DNA of 64,000 bases from Amoebidium appalachense. Lineage: Eukaryota > Protista > Ichthyosporea. The stretch's first letter is position 1. Every line of letters starts with the position of its first letter. Location: contig CAVNZM010000001.1 of the NCBI GenBank assembly GCA_963693365.1, positions 8,758,907 through 8,822,906 on the forward strand, read 5' to 3'. A program made the position numbers and the translations under genes. Of this stretch, positions 1-26,889 are shown piece after piece. Below the pieces are notes generated by a model, which made no database searches, had not been told where the DNA came from, and saw nothing but the letters and a program-made list of their open reading frames with translations.

Positions 1-134
1 CCCCTCCCCTTCCCTCCCTTTCTTTGGGCTCCTCTCCTGCTTAGAAGAGCAAGGAGTAATCACGGAAGGAAAAGCGTTTCCCAATTAAGTATGACCTTTT
101 CTGTCTTGCCAACTGACTCTACGTATTTGAACAG

Positions 135-11860
<11,726 letters not shown>

Positions 11861-12073
11861 GTTAGCAATTCCTAATAGGATCTGGCGGTGTCTTGATGGT
11901 GGTACCCATGATAGTTTTTTTTTTTGTTTGTTTGTTTTTTCCACATTGCCAATTCTGCATGGGATTTGTTAGCCGAAAGAAATGCACTTAACCCCAGAGG
12001 ATGTATGTGTGCGTCGGTGTGAAAACATATGTACGTTGGCTAGATTTTTTTTTTTTTTCTTTTTTTGGGTGGT

Positions 12074-12131
<58 letters not shown>

Positions 12132-12885
12132 CATGTGGTGGATTTTTCCGGGGAATTCTCGTTAGGGCCTGTGGCCATGTGCACCGGTGTGTTTAGAACG
12201 AAGTTTTCTCCCTTCTGGTTTTCCTGTTGAGCTCGCTTTCTAGTCTGTCCGTGCTCTCTTTTTTTTTGTTTGGTCTTTCTCTTGACTGTGTTTATGAGGC
12301 CTAGAGGAGGAGGAGGAGGGGGGGGGGGGGGAGAGGGGGGGGGGGGGGGGGGGGGGGGGATGGAGAGGAGACGGAAAAAAATATTGTGCTGAATGCACCT
12401 GTTCGATTGTTTCGACAGACAGTTGGGTCAGGCAACTCGCTGTACATATGAAAGGGCACACACGTGCCACATATTTGTCTGGCAAACCAAGTAAAGAAAG
12501 TGAAATTGACTCGTGTGTACGTGTACGTGTGTGTGTGGAAGAGATTTGCTGGTGCAATCCATCCGTGGCGTGTTTCGAGTCGATGGTTCACAGCAGCTCG
12601 TCCCCCCCCCCCCCCCACCACCACCACCACCACCACCACCACCACCACTGTACAACCAACACCACCACACACACACACACACACACACACACGTGTACAC
12701 ACACACACACACACCACGTGCTGGCAAGTATATATACCACCAGTGACCACACACATTACATATACAAAGAAGATATTATACTAGAGCTACACTTTATCCG
12801 TTTTATCCCAGGATTGCAACGCTACCGAACTATTTGTAAAGATATGCGATTTTTGTGATCGATGGGCTGTGTCAGTCTTCGGGGC

Positions 12886-12972
12886 ATGACGCCACATTGA
12901 CGCGTCATGGTGACTCATGACTCAGGAATGAGCACTCCATGTGATTCGTATACGTGACACAACCGTATAAAG
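12886..12972 (+). promoter_or_regulatory. Putative glutaredoxin promoter: tandem AP-1-type TGACTCA sites and TATA box
   Basis: TGACTCA at 12911-12917 and 12918-12924, TGACGC half-sites just upstream, TATAAA at 12966, ATG at 13051. Confidence 0.5.
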
Positions 12973-13050
12973 CATATGCTCAGAAATTAGAAACGTAATA
13001 GACAAATCTATTGTTTAGGCCCTGGTGGTTTTTTCTAGCGGAATACAAAA

Positions 13051-13276
13051 ATGTCTGGCGCAGTGTCTCAAGCCGTCCAGGCGTTCATCAAGCAGAACCC
13101 TGTTGCGGTGAGTGATGGGAAAGGGGAATTCAGTTGAGGAAGACATGCTGTGCTGAAAACTTGGGAGCTTTTGTGAAGTGGAGTTGGATTGTGCGTGTGT
13201 GTGTGTGTGTGTGTGTGTTTTTTTTTTGGGGGGGGGGGTAGGGGGGAGGCGGGGGGGCGGAGGGGATGTGGGAAGG

Positions 13277-13311
<35 letters not shown>

Positions 13312-14267
13312 GGGGGGGGGGGGGGTGGGCTGTAAGCATGTATGTAATATACACCTGTACGCATGTATATACTGTGTGTGTTTGTAGGAAAGGGGAGAGG
13401 GGTGATTCGAAAGGTTTGTCTTAATGTTGGGTCCTGCGGTGTGCCTTTTGTTTTCGCTCCACATGCTGACACGGTCGTGAATTTTGACACGGAAGGGGTG
13501 ACTTATGTTTGGTAGCCGGGCACATCTGGTAGGCCGCCCGTCAGTGCACGCCACTGTGTCTTGTCTGTGATGTTGTAATGTTGATGTGTATGTGCGACTG
13601 TTTTTTTTGGGTTTTTTGTTTGAAAGTGTGGATGTGAACCTGAAAAGAGCTATGCTTGTTTGCATAGCTGAGCAACTCTGTATACAAGGGTTTGTAGATG
13701 TGTGCGGCCATGGGCGTAATTTTCTGAGTTTTTTCTCAGGTGCTGGTTGTGTGTGGGATGAAGTGATTTCATAGTGAAGAATGTACGATTCAGTGGGTGC
13801 TGTTTAGAATACGATGAGGAGAAGTGCCTGTTGCTTTTGTTGCAACTGATGATAGGTAGGTACTCACACTATTAATATTATTCTTCTCGCCATACCTATA
13901 CTCACACACCCTGTCTCCCTCCCCCCTCCCCCCTCCCCCCCCCCCTGGCACACACCTTCCCCCCCCCCCCCCCCAAAAAAAAAAAAAAAAAAAAAAAAAC
14001 CACCTGCCAGACACTACACGTTGAGTCGCTTTGCTGTTGTCACCTCCTTGTACACATTCACACCCACTCCCACACACGCTCGCTTTATCCCAACTGCGTC
14101 CCACATATGTGCATACCTGTCCCTACAGCCTACACATATACCCCCTCCTCCCCCCCCCCCCCCCCAAAAAAAAAAAAAAAAAAAGAAAGAAAGAAAGAAA
14201 AACCCGCACCCATCTCCACAACCCTGCCCCCCATCTCTCGCTCTCCCCCCTTCCCCCCCTCCAACCC

Positions 14268-14298
<31 letters not shown>

Positions 14299-14489
14299 AC
14301 ACACGCACACGTGCGCATCGTGGCCGGCTCTACCTGCAGATCTTCAGCAAACAGACATGCCCGTAAGTACCCCCCCCCCCCCCCCCTGCCCCCCACCACC
14401 CTTCTCCTCTTCGGCCTCCCCTTGCCTCTCCCTGCCCTCTCTCCCTTTGTAGCTCTAGCTCAGTCGCCCTCTTTCCCCCGCCCCCCGCC

Positions 14490-14521
<32 letters not shown>

Positions 14522-15919
14522 ACAGTCACGCACCTTTCACGGTTCATATTCGTGACCCTTCTGGCAACCTATACATGTTGCTTTCAGTGTCGTGAACTGC
14601 ACACAAAGACCCCTTTCACGGTGTGGGTGAAGTTGATTGTTTTTTTTTTTTGAGTAGGTTTTGGCGCGGAGGAGGAGGGGGGGAGGGAGAGAGGGGGGGG
14701 GGGGGGGGGAGGGGGGGGGGGGGGGGGGGGGGGGGAGGGGGGAGAGGAAGGGAAGACTGGTTTTGCTATTCCTGCCACCGTTGGATACGCGTGTTAAGGT
14801 CCGAGTATGTGTTTTATGTTTGTGTCGTGGGCAAAGGCTCGTCCTAATTTTTACATCATGACACATCCATCCCCCCCCACTCCCCCCCCCTCCCCCCCCC
14901 CGCCCAACCCGTCCTTCCTCCGGGGGATGGTGGTGTCCCCCTGAGGCGTCCGATATTGGTGTTGCATGCTCTCTCCGTTTTCGTTTTTGTTGGTCCGTTT
15001 TGTGTCCTGCACAGGACCCACAGTGGTGTGCATGATGCTCCGTCCTGTATTGGAATCACCCTGTGTCGTGCATCTGTAAGCACATACGCATTTTTCGCTG
15101 CACTGCAGTAGTTTGCACACACATCTTCACCGTTTTGCTCACCTTGCTTGAATAAGCAACCCTGCTCGTCTTTGATCAAGACGGGTTGACCCGCCCAAGT
15201 TCAGTTGATGCTGCTGTCTGAGTTGGAGCGTCGTATATACGCGGGCTAAGGGGTCGAAACTCAGACGCAATTGATGACTTGGGTCCTCCCTGAGGATGGG
15301 CTCTGCTTATGACGCATACTGTGCACATGACTGATGTTGCATAATTGAATGTTTGCCTTTGCATGTGTCCTGTGCACCATGCTTCTCGTCGTGAATGCGT
15401 ACTTCGTACCGTGTTCCGCATTCAAACCCCCCCAGTCTTCTTTCAGAGGTGTCCTTTCAGGACAGACCACTGTGTGGAGACCGCTTTACTTCCATGCAAC
15501 CGGGCATGGTTGCTCTGTGTCGTGCATCTGTAAGCACATACGCATTTTTCGCTGCACTGCAGTAGTTTGCACACACATCTTCACCTTTTTGGTCACCTTG
15601 CTTGCATAAGCAACCCTGCTCGTCTTTGATCAAGACGGGTTGACCCGCCCAAGTTCAGTTGATGCTGCTGTCTGAGTTGGAGCGTCGTATATACGCGGGC
15701 TAAGGGGTCGAACGCAGACGCAATTGATGACCCGGGTCCTCCCTGAGGATGGGCTCTGCTTATGACGCATACTGTGCACATGACTGATGTTGCATAATTG
15801 AATGTTTGCCTTTGCATGTGTCCTGCGCCATGCTTCTCGAATGTTTGCCTTTGCTTGTGTCCTGCACCATGCTTCTCATCGTGTATGTGTACTTCGTACC
15901 GTGTTCCGCATTCAACCCC

Positions 15920-15953
<34 letters not shown>

Positions 15954-16349
15954 AGGACGGGCTCTTCGTTCAGTTCATACTCACTGTGTGTGCCCCTGTT
16001 TTGGAAAATCTGCATTGCCTTGTCCTCCGTGAATGTGTATGTCATCCTATTACACATTCAACCCCTTCCCCTCCCCCCCCCTCCCCGCGTCACCACCACC
16101 ACCACCTCAACAACACACACACACACCTATTTGATATATTTTGCCGTACTCCATGTATCCCCCTCGCCTCTACACCCCCATGTCATCTACCACATCCCCC
16201 TAAATTTTCAAATCACCGTGCCAGACCGCTACTAACCCCCCCCCTCCCCCCCCCCCCCCCTGCCTAAGGTTCTGTATACGGGTTAAGGACACCTTCTCAG
16301 GTCTGGGTGTGCAATACAAGGCCATGGAGTTGGATGTTGGTACGTGCAA

Positions 16350-16390
<41 letters not shown>

Positions 16391-16580
16391 CCGCCCGCCC
16401 TTGCCTTCCCGAACACGCACAGACAGACACACACACGAAAACACACACACACACACACACACAACACATAGACGCACGCACGCACACACCTCCGCCCGGC
16501 ATGTAAACTTTTCAGTTTGGTTTTGCTTGCTTTTGGTCGTTTGGGTGTTATATCTGTGTACAACAGCATCCTCTCTCCTT

Positions 16581-16635
<55 letters not shown>

Positions 16636-16725
16636 CCCCCCCCCCCCACCCCCTTCCCCCTCCCCCGGGCTGCAACACACTCACTCACTCACTCACTCAC
16701 CCACCCACTAACTCTCTCACTCACT

Positions 16726-16757
<32 letters not shown>

Positions 16758-16909
16758 CCCACACACATACACACACACAGCGTGACAGCAATTTTTCACC
16801 TTGCATGTTCTCTGCTGGCAGAAAGAAATTAATCCCCCCCCCCCCCCCCCCCCTCCCCCCGCCCCCCCCAACCCACCACCATCACTACCACCACCACCAC
16901 GAAAAAGAA

Positions 16910-16954
<45 letters not shown>

Positions 16955-17396
16955 CTGTTTACCAAATCTACCTCAACGTTCTTTTGTGTGTCCCTCTGTG
17001 GTCAACGTAGTAGGATTAGAAAAACAGTGCACGCCTCGTTTTGAAAACAGCCAGGGTGGTTTGTTTTTTTTTAAGGAGAAATCGGGGTAGTCGTGCCTAT
17101 TAACGCCTTCTGATGTTCGAGAGGGAAGGTGGGGGGGGGGGGGGGGGGGGGGGGGGGGAGGGGGGCTATTTTCTAGTTTAACAGTGAGGTGCAATGCCCA
17201 AACGAATATCTGATTGGAGGGGACCACAGAGGACAACGGGTCAGCCATCCAATCGGAGTTGCTCAAACTGACGGGCCAGCGAACTGTGCCAAATGTCTTT
17301 GTGCACGGCAAGCATATTGGAGGGTGTGTGACCCCCCCCCCACTCCTTCCCCCCAACCTCGACACCACCACCAACACACATGCGCGCATGCGTGCG

Positions 17397-17429
<33 letters not shown>

Positions 17430-17680
17430 CATCTCTGCTCATGGTCCCCCAGCCCTCGGCCCTCGGCCTTCCTCTTCTGAGCTCTGAAGTTCTCCTACCA
17501 AGTTCATTTGGTACTCTGTTTGTGTAGTTTTCGCAGGTGTGACAGCAGGTAACAACCACCCTATTGTATTTCCTCGTGTTCTACTTCTGATGATACACTT
17601 TCTTGTGGAATTTTCTGGCATAGCTGTGCTTTGTTTTACGTCGTCAAGGTGCACTTGGTACTTTGTAACATATCCCCACA

Positions 17681-17724
<44 letters not shown>

Positions 17725-17765
17725 ACAAAATAAAAAGAAAAGAAAAAAAAAGAAAAAAAAAAGGG

Positions 17766-17797
<32 letters not shown>

Positions 17798-17947
17798 ACT
17801 CCATCACAAAGTTTAGGGACATCTAATAAGTGCTTGCACACAAGCTGAATGAAGGTTGTGGGTGGGTGCAGGTGTGACGACACATTGGCTGCTTTGAGGT
17901 CAGGCAGACTGGGTGAGATGCTGGGGCTGAAGAAGACACAGCCATAG
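13051..17947 (+). CDS. GLRX: Dithiol glutaredoxin (CPFC active site)
   Basis: Exons 13051-13107, 14340-14362, 16269-16339, 17230-17323 and 17872-17947 splice to [36 protein letters not shown]...[32 protein letters not shown]...*. Contains the CPFC, TVP and GGCD glutaredoxin motifs. Confidence 0.93.
15061..15920 (+). repeat. Family A copy in glutaredoxin intron 2, ~1.9 units
   Basis: Same unit and same ~60-bp linker (cttctttcagaggtgtcctttcaggacagaccactgtgtggagac) as 2118-2960, with an internal ~39-bp duplication near 15800-15880. Confidence 0.92.
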
Positions 17948-18549
17948 ATGCCCTAATATGGCAGGTGCTTGCCCATATATGGTATGTAGGGGCCCATATA
18001 CCTGGTAGTGAATGAGCACATGTACACACCACTTCAAAAGTAAACTAGATGGTTTGGATGTAATTCATTCATTCAGTCGGGGACAGTTGATGAAAACACT
18101 TCACAAGGGGCAGGAACTTGGCTATTGATCAAATTTGATTATTGTATTATTAGAGAAAACATGTTGAGTGAACGGTATGGTGAATGACGGATATCTACAT
18201 TGAGAGGTGGTGTGTTATTGTGAGCTGTCCATGTTGCGGTTTTAATGGCAATGCAACATGTTTGCCAACAATTTGCAGCTATATGCATCTCCTGTTAGTC
18301 TATGTGAATATGCTAACGGTAGATAACTCACAAGGCCTCAGGTTAGGAGAATTCGGATCGTGAAAAGATGCATATTAATGCATACCAACTCACTGTGTGA
18401 GTTTAACAACGTAGTTTTAGACAAGTGTACGTGCACGTCAGGTATATGAGATCGTTGGCACACGTGGAAAGTTTGTGTTGTAAATGTGCATGTCTGTGTG
18501 TGCGTGCACTTGTGTACTTGTCTCTCAGCTCTCTTTCTCTCTCTCTCTC

Positions 18550-18617
<68 letters not shown>

Positions 18618-18717
18618 CCTCCCTCCCTCCCTCCCTCCCTCCCTCCCTCCCTCCCTCCCTCCCTCCCTCCCTCCCTCCCTCCCTCTCTCCCTCTCTCGCT
18701 GTGTGCGTGTGTGCACG

Positions 18718-18777
<60 letters not shown>

Positions 18778-20344
18778 AACAGGCTATCCGCATCCGGGTT
18801 TCATGGTCATGTATACGCCTGGTTAACCAATACAGATATTTTATAATGCTGATTATTCTTTGCATGTTTTTTGAGGGGGGAGGGGGGAGGGGGCCCTCAG
18901 GGGGATAGGGCCGGGTTCGAATATATTCGAATTCAAGAGCGCAGCTTAGAAATAAGCTGATTGCGCAAACTCGCATGTGCTTGCGGGTTGGCCGGCCAAA
19001 TCAGCCAATCATCTTTATGCTGCGCGATGATTGGCCAAATCTATTATTGCATAATTAATTTTTCATCTAGAGTCTGTGAGAAACGCCGCACGGTCCGGCT
19101 TGGCTGATGAAAAGTGAAAAAGCTACTGCAAAGTGTAAATCTGCATCTCTATTAATAATCTTTTCTATTCTTATTTATTCCTTATGCGTGGGACCCGGAT
19201 AATACTTATGTGTGGGCGGCGGGATATGCGGTACGCGTGCACGCTGCGGGCCTGCGGCCCAGCCGGCCGCAGTGTACCTTTAGAAATGCATGACTCGAGC
19301 TCGCTAACATACATCACAAAGTTTGAGGATATTGGGCGCCAGCCAATGGCGTGGCTGCGCTGAGCCACATCAGGACGGCCGGAAGGTCCATCCAATCAAA
19401 TCGGTGCTCTGAGGCCCCGCGACCAATGATCAGAATGCCATTTTCAAGTCGAGCCAAGCCACGGTGCCACTTTTAAAGCAAACACAGGCTTAATTCGCTA
19501 AAGATAAAAACCAATGCATAATTGTCACAGAGGCCGCTCACCGTTCATGAAGAAATTAGGAATTTGGTGATAACGTCTGCCAAGAAGTTTCGTTTTTAGA
19601 CTTGAATGTAGTATAGCTGCCTCATCTGACTGTAAATAATAAAGTCGAAAAACCTTTTTACTTAACTAAATGATAATAAGTATAGTGCAGGCTACAGTAA
19701 TCATAGAAGCAAGCGGTTCTCTGTCAGTAAGGTGACATTGCCGCCACGTGGCACGGCTGCACTGGATCCCCCAACACCTCCTAATAGGGGCGGGTCGTAT
19801 GCGTGTAGCAGAGCCAGGAATTAATTATTTGGGTCTCACCGACTCGCCCTTTTTCATACATGTGTAACTCAGTACTAGACTATGGATTCGGATAAAGTAG
19901 TATCGTTATACCATAATTCGTTAAAATTCATATTTATTGATATATCATACATAAGAGTGCAGCTATGTCTGTATTGAAATTTTACTGGGAAAAATTTAAA
20001 TCATCTTTCGCTTTGTGACTTTTGGCTCGTCTCACACATACGGAGTTTTGGGGGATCCGCCTGCGCCTCCGGCTGTGCGGCGAGTCATCAACATTTACTT
20101 TGTCAGGGCTGTTATCCTGGGGTTGAAAACAATCATCAAAATTTAGGAATGTGATAACGCAAGCCTCCCGGCCCATTGACTTGGCTCGGCTGATCATCTC
20201 AAAGTTTCATATGAAGTGGCTCATTCAAAATTAAATGGTAAGAGTAAAAGATTGATTAAACATGTTAACCAATAGAATAAATGAACAGATAATGCGTTAA
20301 AAAACATTTAGGCGCACTGTATTCATGATTGCAGGAGATCCTCC

Positions 20345-20351
20345 TATAAAA
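20345..20351 (+). promoter_or_regulatory. TATA box of the MFS gene
   Basis: CCTATAAAAA ~100 nt upstream of the ATG at 20445. Confidence 0.5.
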
Positions 20352-20444
20352 AAGAGCGTCTTCGCTGCTCTCACACAGCTCGGGACAGAAGAGTCACGAA
20401 AACGAACGGACAAAACTTGCACACATCCGAACAACCGTTAAAAC

Positions 20445-23400
20445 ATGGCCAAATTAAACTATAATGTGTCCCTATCATTAGGGCTTACGTTTATCGATGG
20501 CATAGCGCAGGGTATTTGGGGTTTTGCCCTTCTAGGGCCCTACCTGTACGCTTTGTGTGGCGACAACTCACACGCAGGATACGCAGAGGGGATTCAGGTG
20601 GGTACATGTGCACGTGTTGGTGTGCGTGCGCACGTGCTATTTGTGGATGCATTTTGGTATCATCTTGTGTGTGTGTATTGTGTGAACGTGTAAAAATCAT
20701 GCTGAATTAATGTTTGAAAAGGTGCGTTTTGCGTGTTTGGGCCTGCGTGTGACATGCATACGAGTGGCAACAAGAACCGGGCAATTTATTGAGGTCGAGA
20801 ATTTGGTAGTGTGTTTAAATCTTGCCTATTTTCTTTCACAGTTAGAGAAAAACATACAATAATGCTGTATGGTTTAACGTATAGAAATAAATCGAGAGGT
20901 GTACTAAGAAAATCATGTAGTTACGTATGTTGCCCAGCTTGGTGTTGTCCGTAGAACACAGAGTTCGATCAAGCGCTAGCCCTTTAAATTTCCCTACAAA
21001 TTCATGTTCAACACACACACACACACACACACACTCACACCCACACTCACACCGCACTCACACTCACACACACACTCACACACACACACAGACACACACA
21101 CACTGTGCACTTCTATGTACTTTTGATTAAAAAAACGAATAGCCGATACCCGCACACCCCTCAACCCGCAATCCCCCACCCCATCCTCTCACCAAGTAAT
21201 CAATTTTAATGCTGCAAGTAAGTATAGTGGAAAATAAAGATGATATCCCCCCTACCCCCCCCCCCCCCCCCCCCCCCCGCATTTTTTTTTTTAATGCCTG
21301 GTCGCCTGTCTTTGCTGAGGTCATAATCTGGGTCTCTAACAAATATGTATGGTTTGACCCCATGGGTGAAAAAAAAAACTACTGTGTACCCTCTCTGAAA
21401 CGCTCTTTTCGTGTCACGCAGGGGTTCATGCAAGCGCTTGCAGCTATCCCGGCGGGGTTCCTTGCCGACAAAATTCGCCGCGACACCGTCTTGAGAGGAA
21501 GCAGTGCACTGGGTTTGGTTGCAATTGTTTTGATGCTGTATGCTCTGTTTTGGGGCGGTGATTCAACGCACACGTTCATTCTTATGACCGTGGGTCTGGG
21601 TATGTGGGGGTTCTTTACGGGTGCCTATTTGCCCCCCCTGCAATCAATTTTCGCTGATTCTGTGCCAAATGGTAACCGCTCAAATCTGGAGACGTGGCGG
21701 CAAGTATCCCATACCCCCCCACTCGTCACCGTCCGCCCCTCCGTGCCTGCATCACACACAAAAAAACACACACACACATGCACACGCACACACGCACACA
21801 CGCACTCCCCACGGACACACACACACACACACTAACCGCTGATGCCGCATACTTTGCATGTTTGTGTCCCCATGTCATTCTTTTTCCTTCACCATGATCT
21901 TCGTTTATATGCATCCATTTTCTCTGCTGCCTTACCTACTCTACCCTCCCCCCCCTCCCCCCCTTCCCCCCCTCCCCCCCCCCCCCCCCCCCCCCCCCCC
22001 CACACACACACACAAAACCACCGCCGCCACCAATTGCAAAACCCCCCTCCCCCTTCCCCCCTCCCTACCTTCAAACATAAACACGTACAGTAGAAAATAC
22101 CTTGGGTCCTCTTGCAACCCCTCCTAAAGACGCACGTAAAGATATTCAACACACACACACACGTGCGCTCGCGTCCTCCCCAACCCCCCCCCCCCCCCCC
22201 TCCCCCTTCTTCCCGGTACCTCTTCTCTCTCGTACTAACTTGGTGGTTTATTTACAGTCCTCGCTTTTATCTTCACAGTTTTGATCTTGTGTTGCGATAT
22301 CCCTCCAAGAGAGGGGAAGGAGGGGGGGGGGGGAGGGGGGGGAGCAGGGAGGTTCAACATTTTAGTGAGCAGTGACGAGATGGGGGAAATCGCGGGGGGG
22401 GGGGGGGGGGGGAGAGAGGGGAGGGCGGGGGGAGGGGGGGGGAGGAGGCAAGAAGGGGCAAAGAAGGCACATTGAGAGTGGCACAGCATGTTGAGTATAC
22501 ATGCACGTACATGCAAAACACGCACAACGCATATAGGGAGAGTGTGTGAGCGTCGTTGTTCGCTCTATTTGTGTGTGTCTTTTCTTGTGCCCATGTGCCG
22601 TTTTTGGTGAAAAGAAGATGTACGTATCGCATCCGTTTGTGAGACTACACCACCATGTACCGTAGCCGCAGTGCCTTCATTGGATGCACCAACCATCGCG
22701 TTTCCCCCAGGAACACACACAAACATACACACATACACACACACACACACAAACACACAAGCACAACCTCAGACTCAAGCACACGCGTGAGAAAACACAC
22801 ACACACAAACGTTTACACGTACACAGACACACACACGCTTTTACACACACACTGAGACACACACACACACACACACATACACACACACACACAAACACGT
22901 CAAGGTTTCAAGCACCCACCCACCCATCCACTGTTCCATGCACAGTGCTATGCCATAACACGACCATTTCCCATACAACCCCGCAAACACAAAACCACAG
23001 TTTCTCACATTCAGCCAACCAACCCCCCCCCCCCCCCCCCCCCCCCCCCCAAAAGCCCCCGCCCTCACCCATCCACCCACCCACACCTTCCCGTCCCCCC
23101 ACACCACCCTCCTAACCCACCCATTCCCCCCTCCTCCCTCCCCCCAACCCCACCCCACCCCAAACCCACCCACCCACCCCATATACCCACCCACCCCCCT
23201 CTTCCCCCCGTCCCCCCTCCCCGATCCCCAATGCGCTTTACAGATATGTTTCTCAGATTTTCGCCACAGCCGCCGGCCCGGCCACAAACGTTGCACTGTT
23301 CTATTATTTGGGGGATCATTGGGACCTCAGCAAGATGAGCATTGTGTTTGCTGTGGGGGTGTGTCTGAACGCCGTGAGCACGTTTGGGCTGATTTTTCTG

Positions 23401-23463
23401 AGCGACAACAAGACACTGGGGCATGAGAGCGAAGCGCTGGTTCAGGTGTGTTTTCTTTCTCAG

Positions 23464-23497
<34 letters not shown>

Positions 23498-25669
23498 CAC
23501 ACACACACACACACCAACACACACACACACACCTCCACCACCAACACCACCAAAAAAAAAAAAAAAAAAATTTGTTCGGAGATTACACAAAGCAAAAACA
23601 ACAGAAGAAAGAGCAACATTGAGCTGCTAGGGTTCGAACACTCTTTACGCGCCCTTTGATACTGACTATTGAGCAGGGGCAGGAAGCGTCAGAGGACAAC
23701 AAGGTTTCGACAGAGAGTGCTGGCCGGTGGTCCATCCCCGAGTCTTGGGTGCCCTTTGTGTGCTGCACGTCAGATATCAGTACGTGTGTGTGGTGGTGGT
23801 GGGGGGGGGGGGGGGGGGAGGGGGGGAGGAGGGAAGGGGGAGGGGGGGGGGGGGGGATGTGCGTGTGGGGGGAGGGGGGATGTGTGTGTGGGGGGAGGGG
23901 GGGTGAGGGGGGGATGTGTGTGTGAGGGGGTGTTGGTGTGTGTGTGTGTGTGTGTGTCTGTGTCTGTGTATGTGAACGTGCATATGTGTGTGTGTGTGGC
24001 ATCAAGTGTTTGGTGTGTGTGTCCGTGTGCGTGTGTGGGCGTCTCTCACTCCTCTCTCCCACTTTGTGTGTGTGTGTGTGTGTGTGTGTGTTGTGTGTAT
24101 GTATGTGTGTGTGTGCATGCATGTGGGTGGATGGCGTACACGTGCGCTTACAGACTGTATGTGTGTGGATGTCAACGATTCGCGTACCCTGTGTAAATTC
24201 TAGTGCACACATTTGCATGCCACAACCTTTATTCATTTACTATTATTTATTGCCGCATATCCATTGCATATCTAAGCAATAACAAGTTTAAGGGTCTTCA
24301 TATACGAGCTTGCCACTGATATTACACACACCTGAACATTTCCATGCATATCTACCGCATCTATGAACATGAGACATGCATGCGTGCCTCCAGAGACCAC
24401 CTACCTGCTTAATGTGCTGTTCAAAATCACTGCCCCGCCATAATAAGCACCTCTGTACCTAACATGCTTTTCCCGATTATTCGAGCGATGCTTTACCATA
24501 GACCACCCCCCCAAAAAATAACATAAAATAAAATAAAATGAAATGAAATAAATTAAACACACTCTCACACCCACCACCACACCTACACCCTTCCCAGCAC
24601 ACACACAACACCAAAACACCCCCATACCTTTAATCCCTATTAACCCACAATATTTTCTGCCTCCCTATTCCTCTTCCACGAACCACCCACTTTTCATACA
24701 GTTGTTGCTGGCTCCAGAGCATAACCTCCTTCCCCCTCCCCTCCCCCCCCCCCCCCCCCCCCCCCCCCCCTTCGGGGGGGGCCACCCACCCACTCATCCA
24801 ACCACCCACCTGTTCCTTTGTTACATAATTACCCTCACAACATGGGCTTTTATATTGCAGTCTCGGCGTGCTTCTGTTTGCCGAATACTCGATGTAACCC
24901 CCGTACTCTGTGTTGTCTTCTCTCTTACTCCTCTTCGTCTTGTGTAAGCTGTATGCATTCTAACCGTTACCGCCTGCACATTATCCCCCCCCCCCCCCCC
25001 CCCCCCCCCTCTCGTTTTTCACTTTTCCTTTCCCGACCACCTTTATCAACCCACCCTCCTCGCCTATATCTCTCCCCCCCCCCCCCCCCCCCCCCCCCCC
25101 TCCCCTCCCCCCCCGCTTTCTACCCCAACCCCACCCACCCCCACCTCAATCGGCCCCTCCCCACAGTCACTTACTCCTCCGCATTCCCTCAACCCACCTC
25201 CCCCCCCCCAACCACCTTGCACCCACCCACCCTCCTCCCCCCCCCCCCCCCCCCCCTTCCCTCCGTCCTCCCCCCTCCGCCCTCCCCCTCTCCCCTCTCC
25301 TTCCCCTGCCCCTCCGCACCCCCCCCCCCCACCCCCCCCATCAACACCTTTCCACCCCCTTCCACCCCCTTCCACCCACACACCAGTCTCCGGCCTAGCC
25401 AGTGGCATGACGATCAAGTTCTTCCCCGTTTTCTTTGCTTTGGAGCTCCAGCTATCCCCCATCCCAGTCAACACCATCTACTGCATGGGGCCTGTGTGCA
25501 TGGCACTATTTTCCCTGCTTGCTCAAAGGGCAAGTAGGAGGGTGGGTAGGGTGCAGGCTGTTTTAACGACAAATAGTGTTGGGATTATGCTGATGGCGGC
25601 TATGGCTATGCTCAGGGTAGGTGCTGCTTGAAAAGAACCCCCCTCTCTGTCTTTCTCCCTCTCTCTCCC

Positions 25670-25750
<81 letters not shown>

Positions 25751-25771
25751 CTCCCCCTTACGGCCCCCCCT

Positions 25772-25809
<38 letters not shown>

Positions 25810-25877
25810 GGGTAGCGCTGAGGAAAGAAAAGCTCCCCCCACTCCCCCCCCCCCCCCCCTCCCCCCACCTACCCCCC

Positions 25878-25912
<35 letters not shown>

Positions 25913-25943
25913 TCACTCACTCACTCACTCGCGCGTGGGCGCG

Positions 25944-25978
<35 letters not shown>

Positions 25979-26590
25979 TCATGCTCGTTGTTTGTGCTAT
26001 GTAAAATATGCATGTGTTGTGCGTCGTGAATGTGTGTGCTATGCAATCTGGAACAAACTCTTACCCTCTTCCCCCCCCAACCTCACCCCATCCCACCCTC
26101 ACCCGACCCCCTTCCCCTCAGCACACACACACACATACATACACACACACACACACACACATTTTTGTACTCTTTGCGTGTGCTCTTTTTTAGGAAAACA
26201 GCAGTGCAGTTTGTCGTGAACACGCACTCTTGTGACACATTCTTTCTCCCCACCCCTCCCCCAGGACCTGCCTGTGAGGCCTGCCCCCTCTCCCCCCCCC
26301 CCTGCCCCACCCCCCTGCATCCCCCTACCACATTTTCCCCCCTCCCTGAAACAAAGTATGCGTTATGTACCACGCGCACGAGGTTACAGAGTCGGAACCC
26401 ATGCCTTTGTGGAGGCATAGGAACCCTTCTGATGATGGGCTCTGTTCAAGTGTCTCCTGCCTGCATGCTTGAATCGTTTGATTTCGGTTTCTCATTTTTA
26501 TGACGTTTTGTAGCTTGTCCTTTGTTGTCTCCTCCATATTTCCAACACTCGAACGCATACATCCCCCCCCTCCCTCCCTCCCAACACCCC

Positions 26591-26666
<76 letters not shown>

Positions 26667-26817
26667 CTCTTTCACCACACATGCTTTGCATTCATTATTC
26701 TCACACACTGACCCTTCCTTTTCCTTTTTTTTTTTTTTTTCCCCTACAGCCGGTGTGGCGCACACAGCAGGTGGTGGTAGTGATAGTCTACTTCATACGC
26801 TCCCTCCCTCCCAACAC

Positions 26818-26889
<72 letters not shown>

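Noticed and set aside
17531-17552. gcag|gtgtgac echo of the last glutaredoxin acceptor (would give GGCDSR*)
   Set aside because: Only 11 nt match with no flanking similarity, so it cannot be separated from chance.
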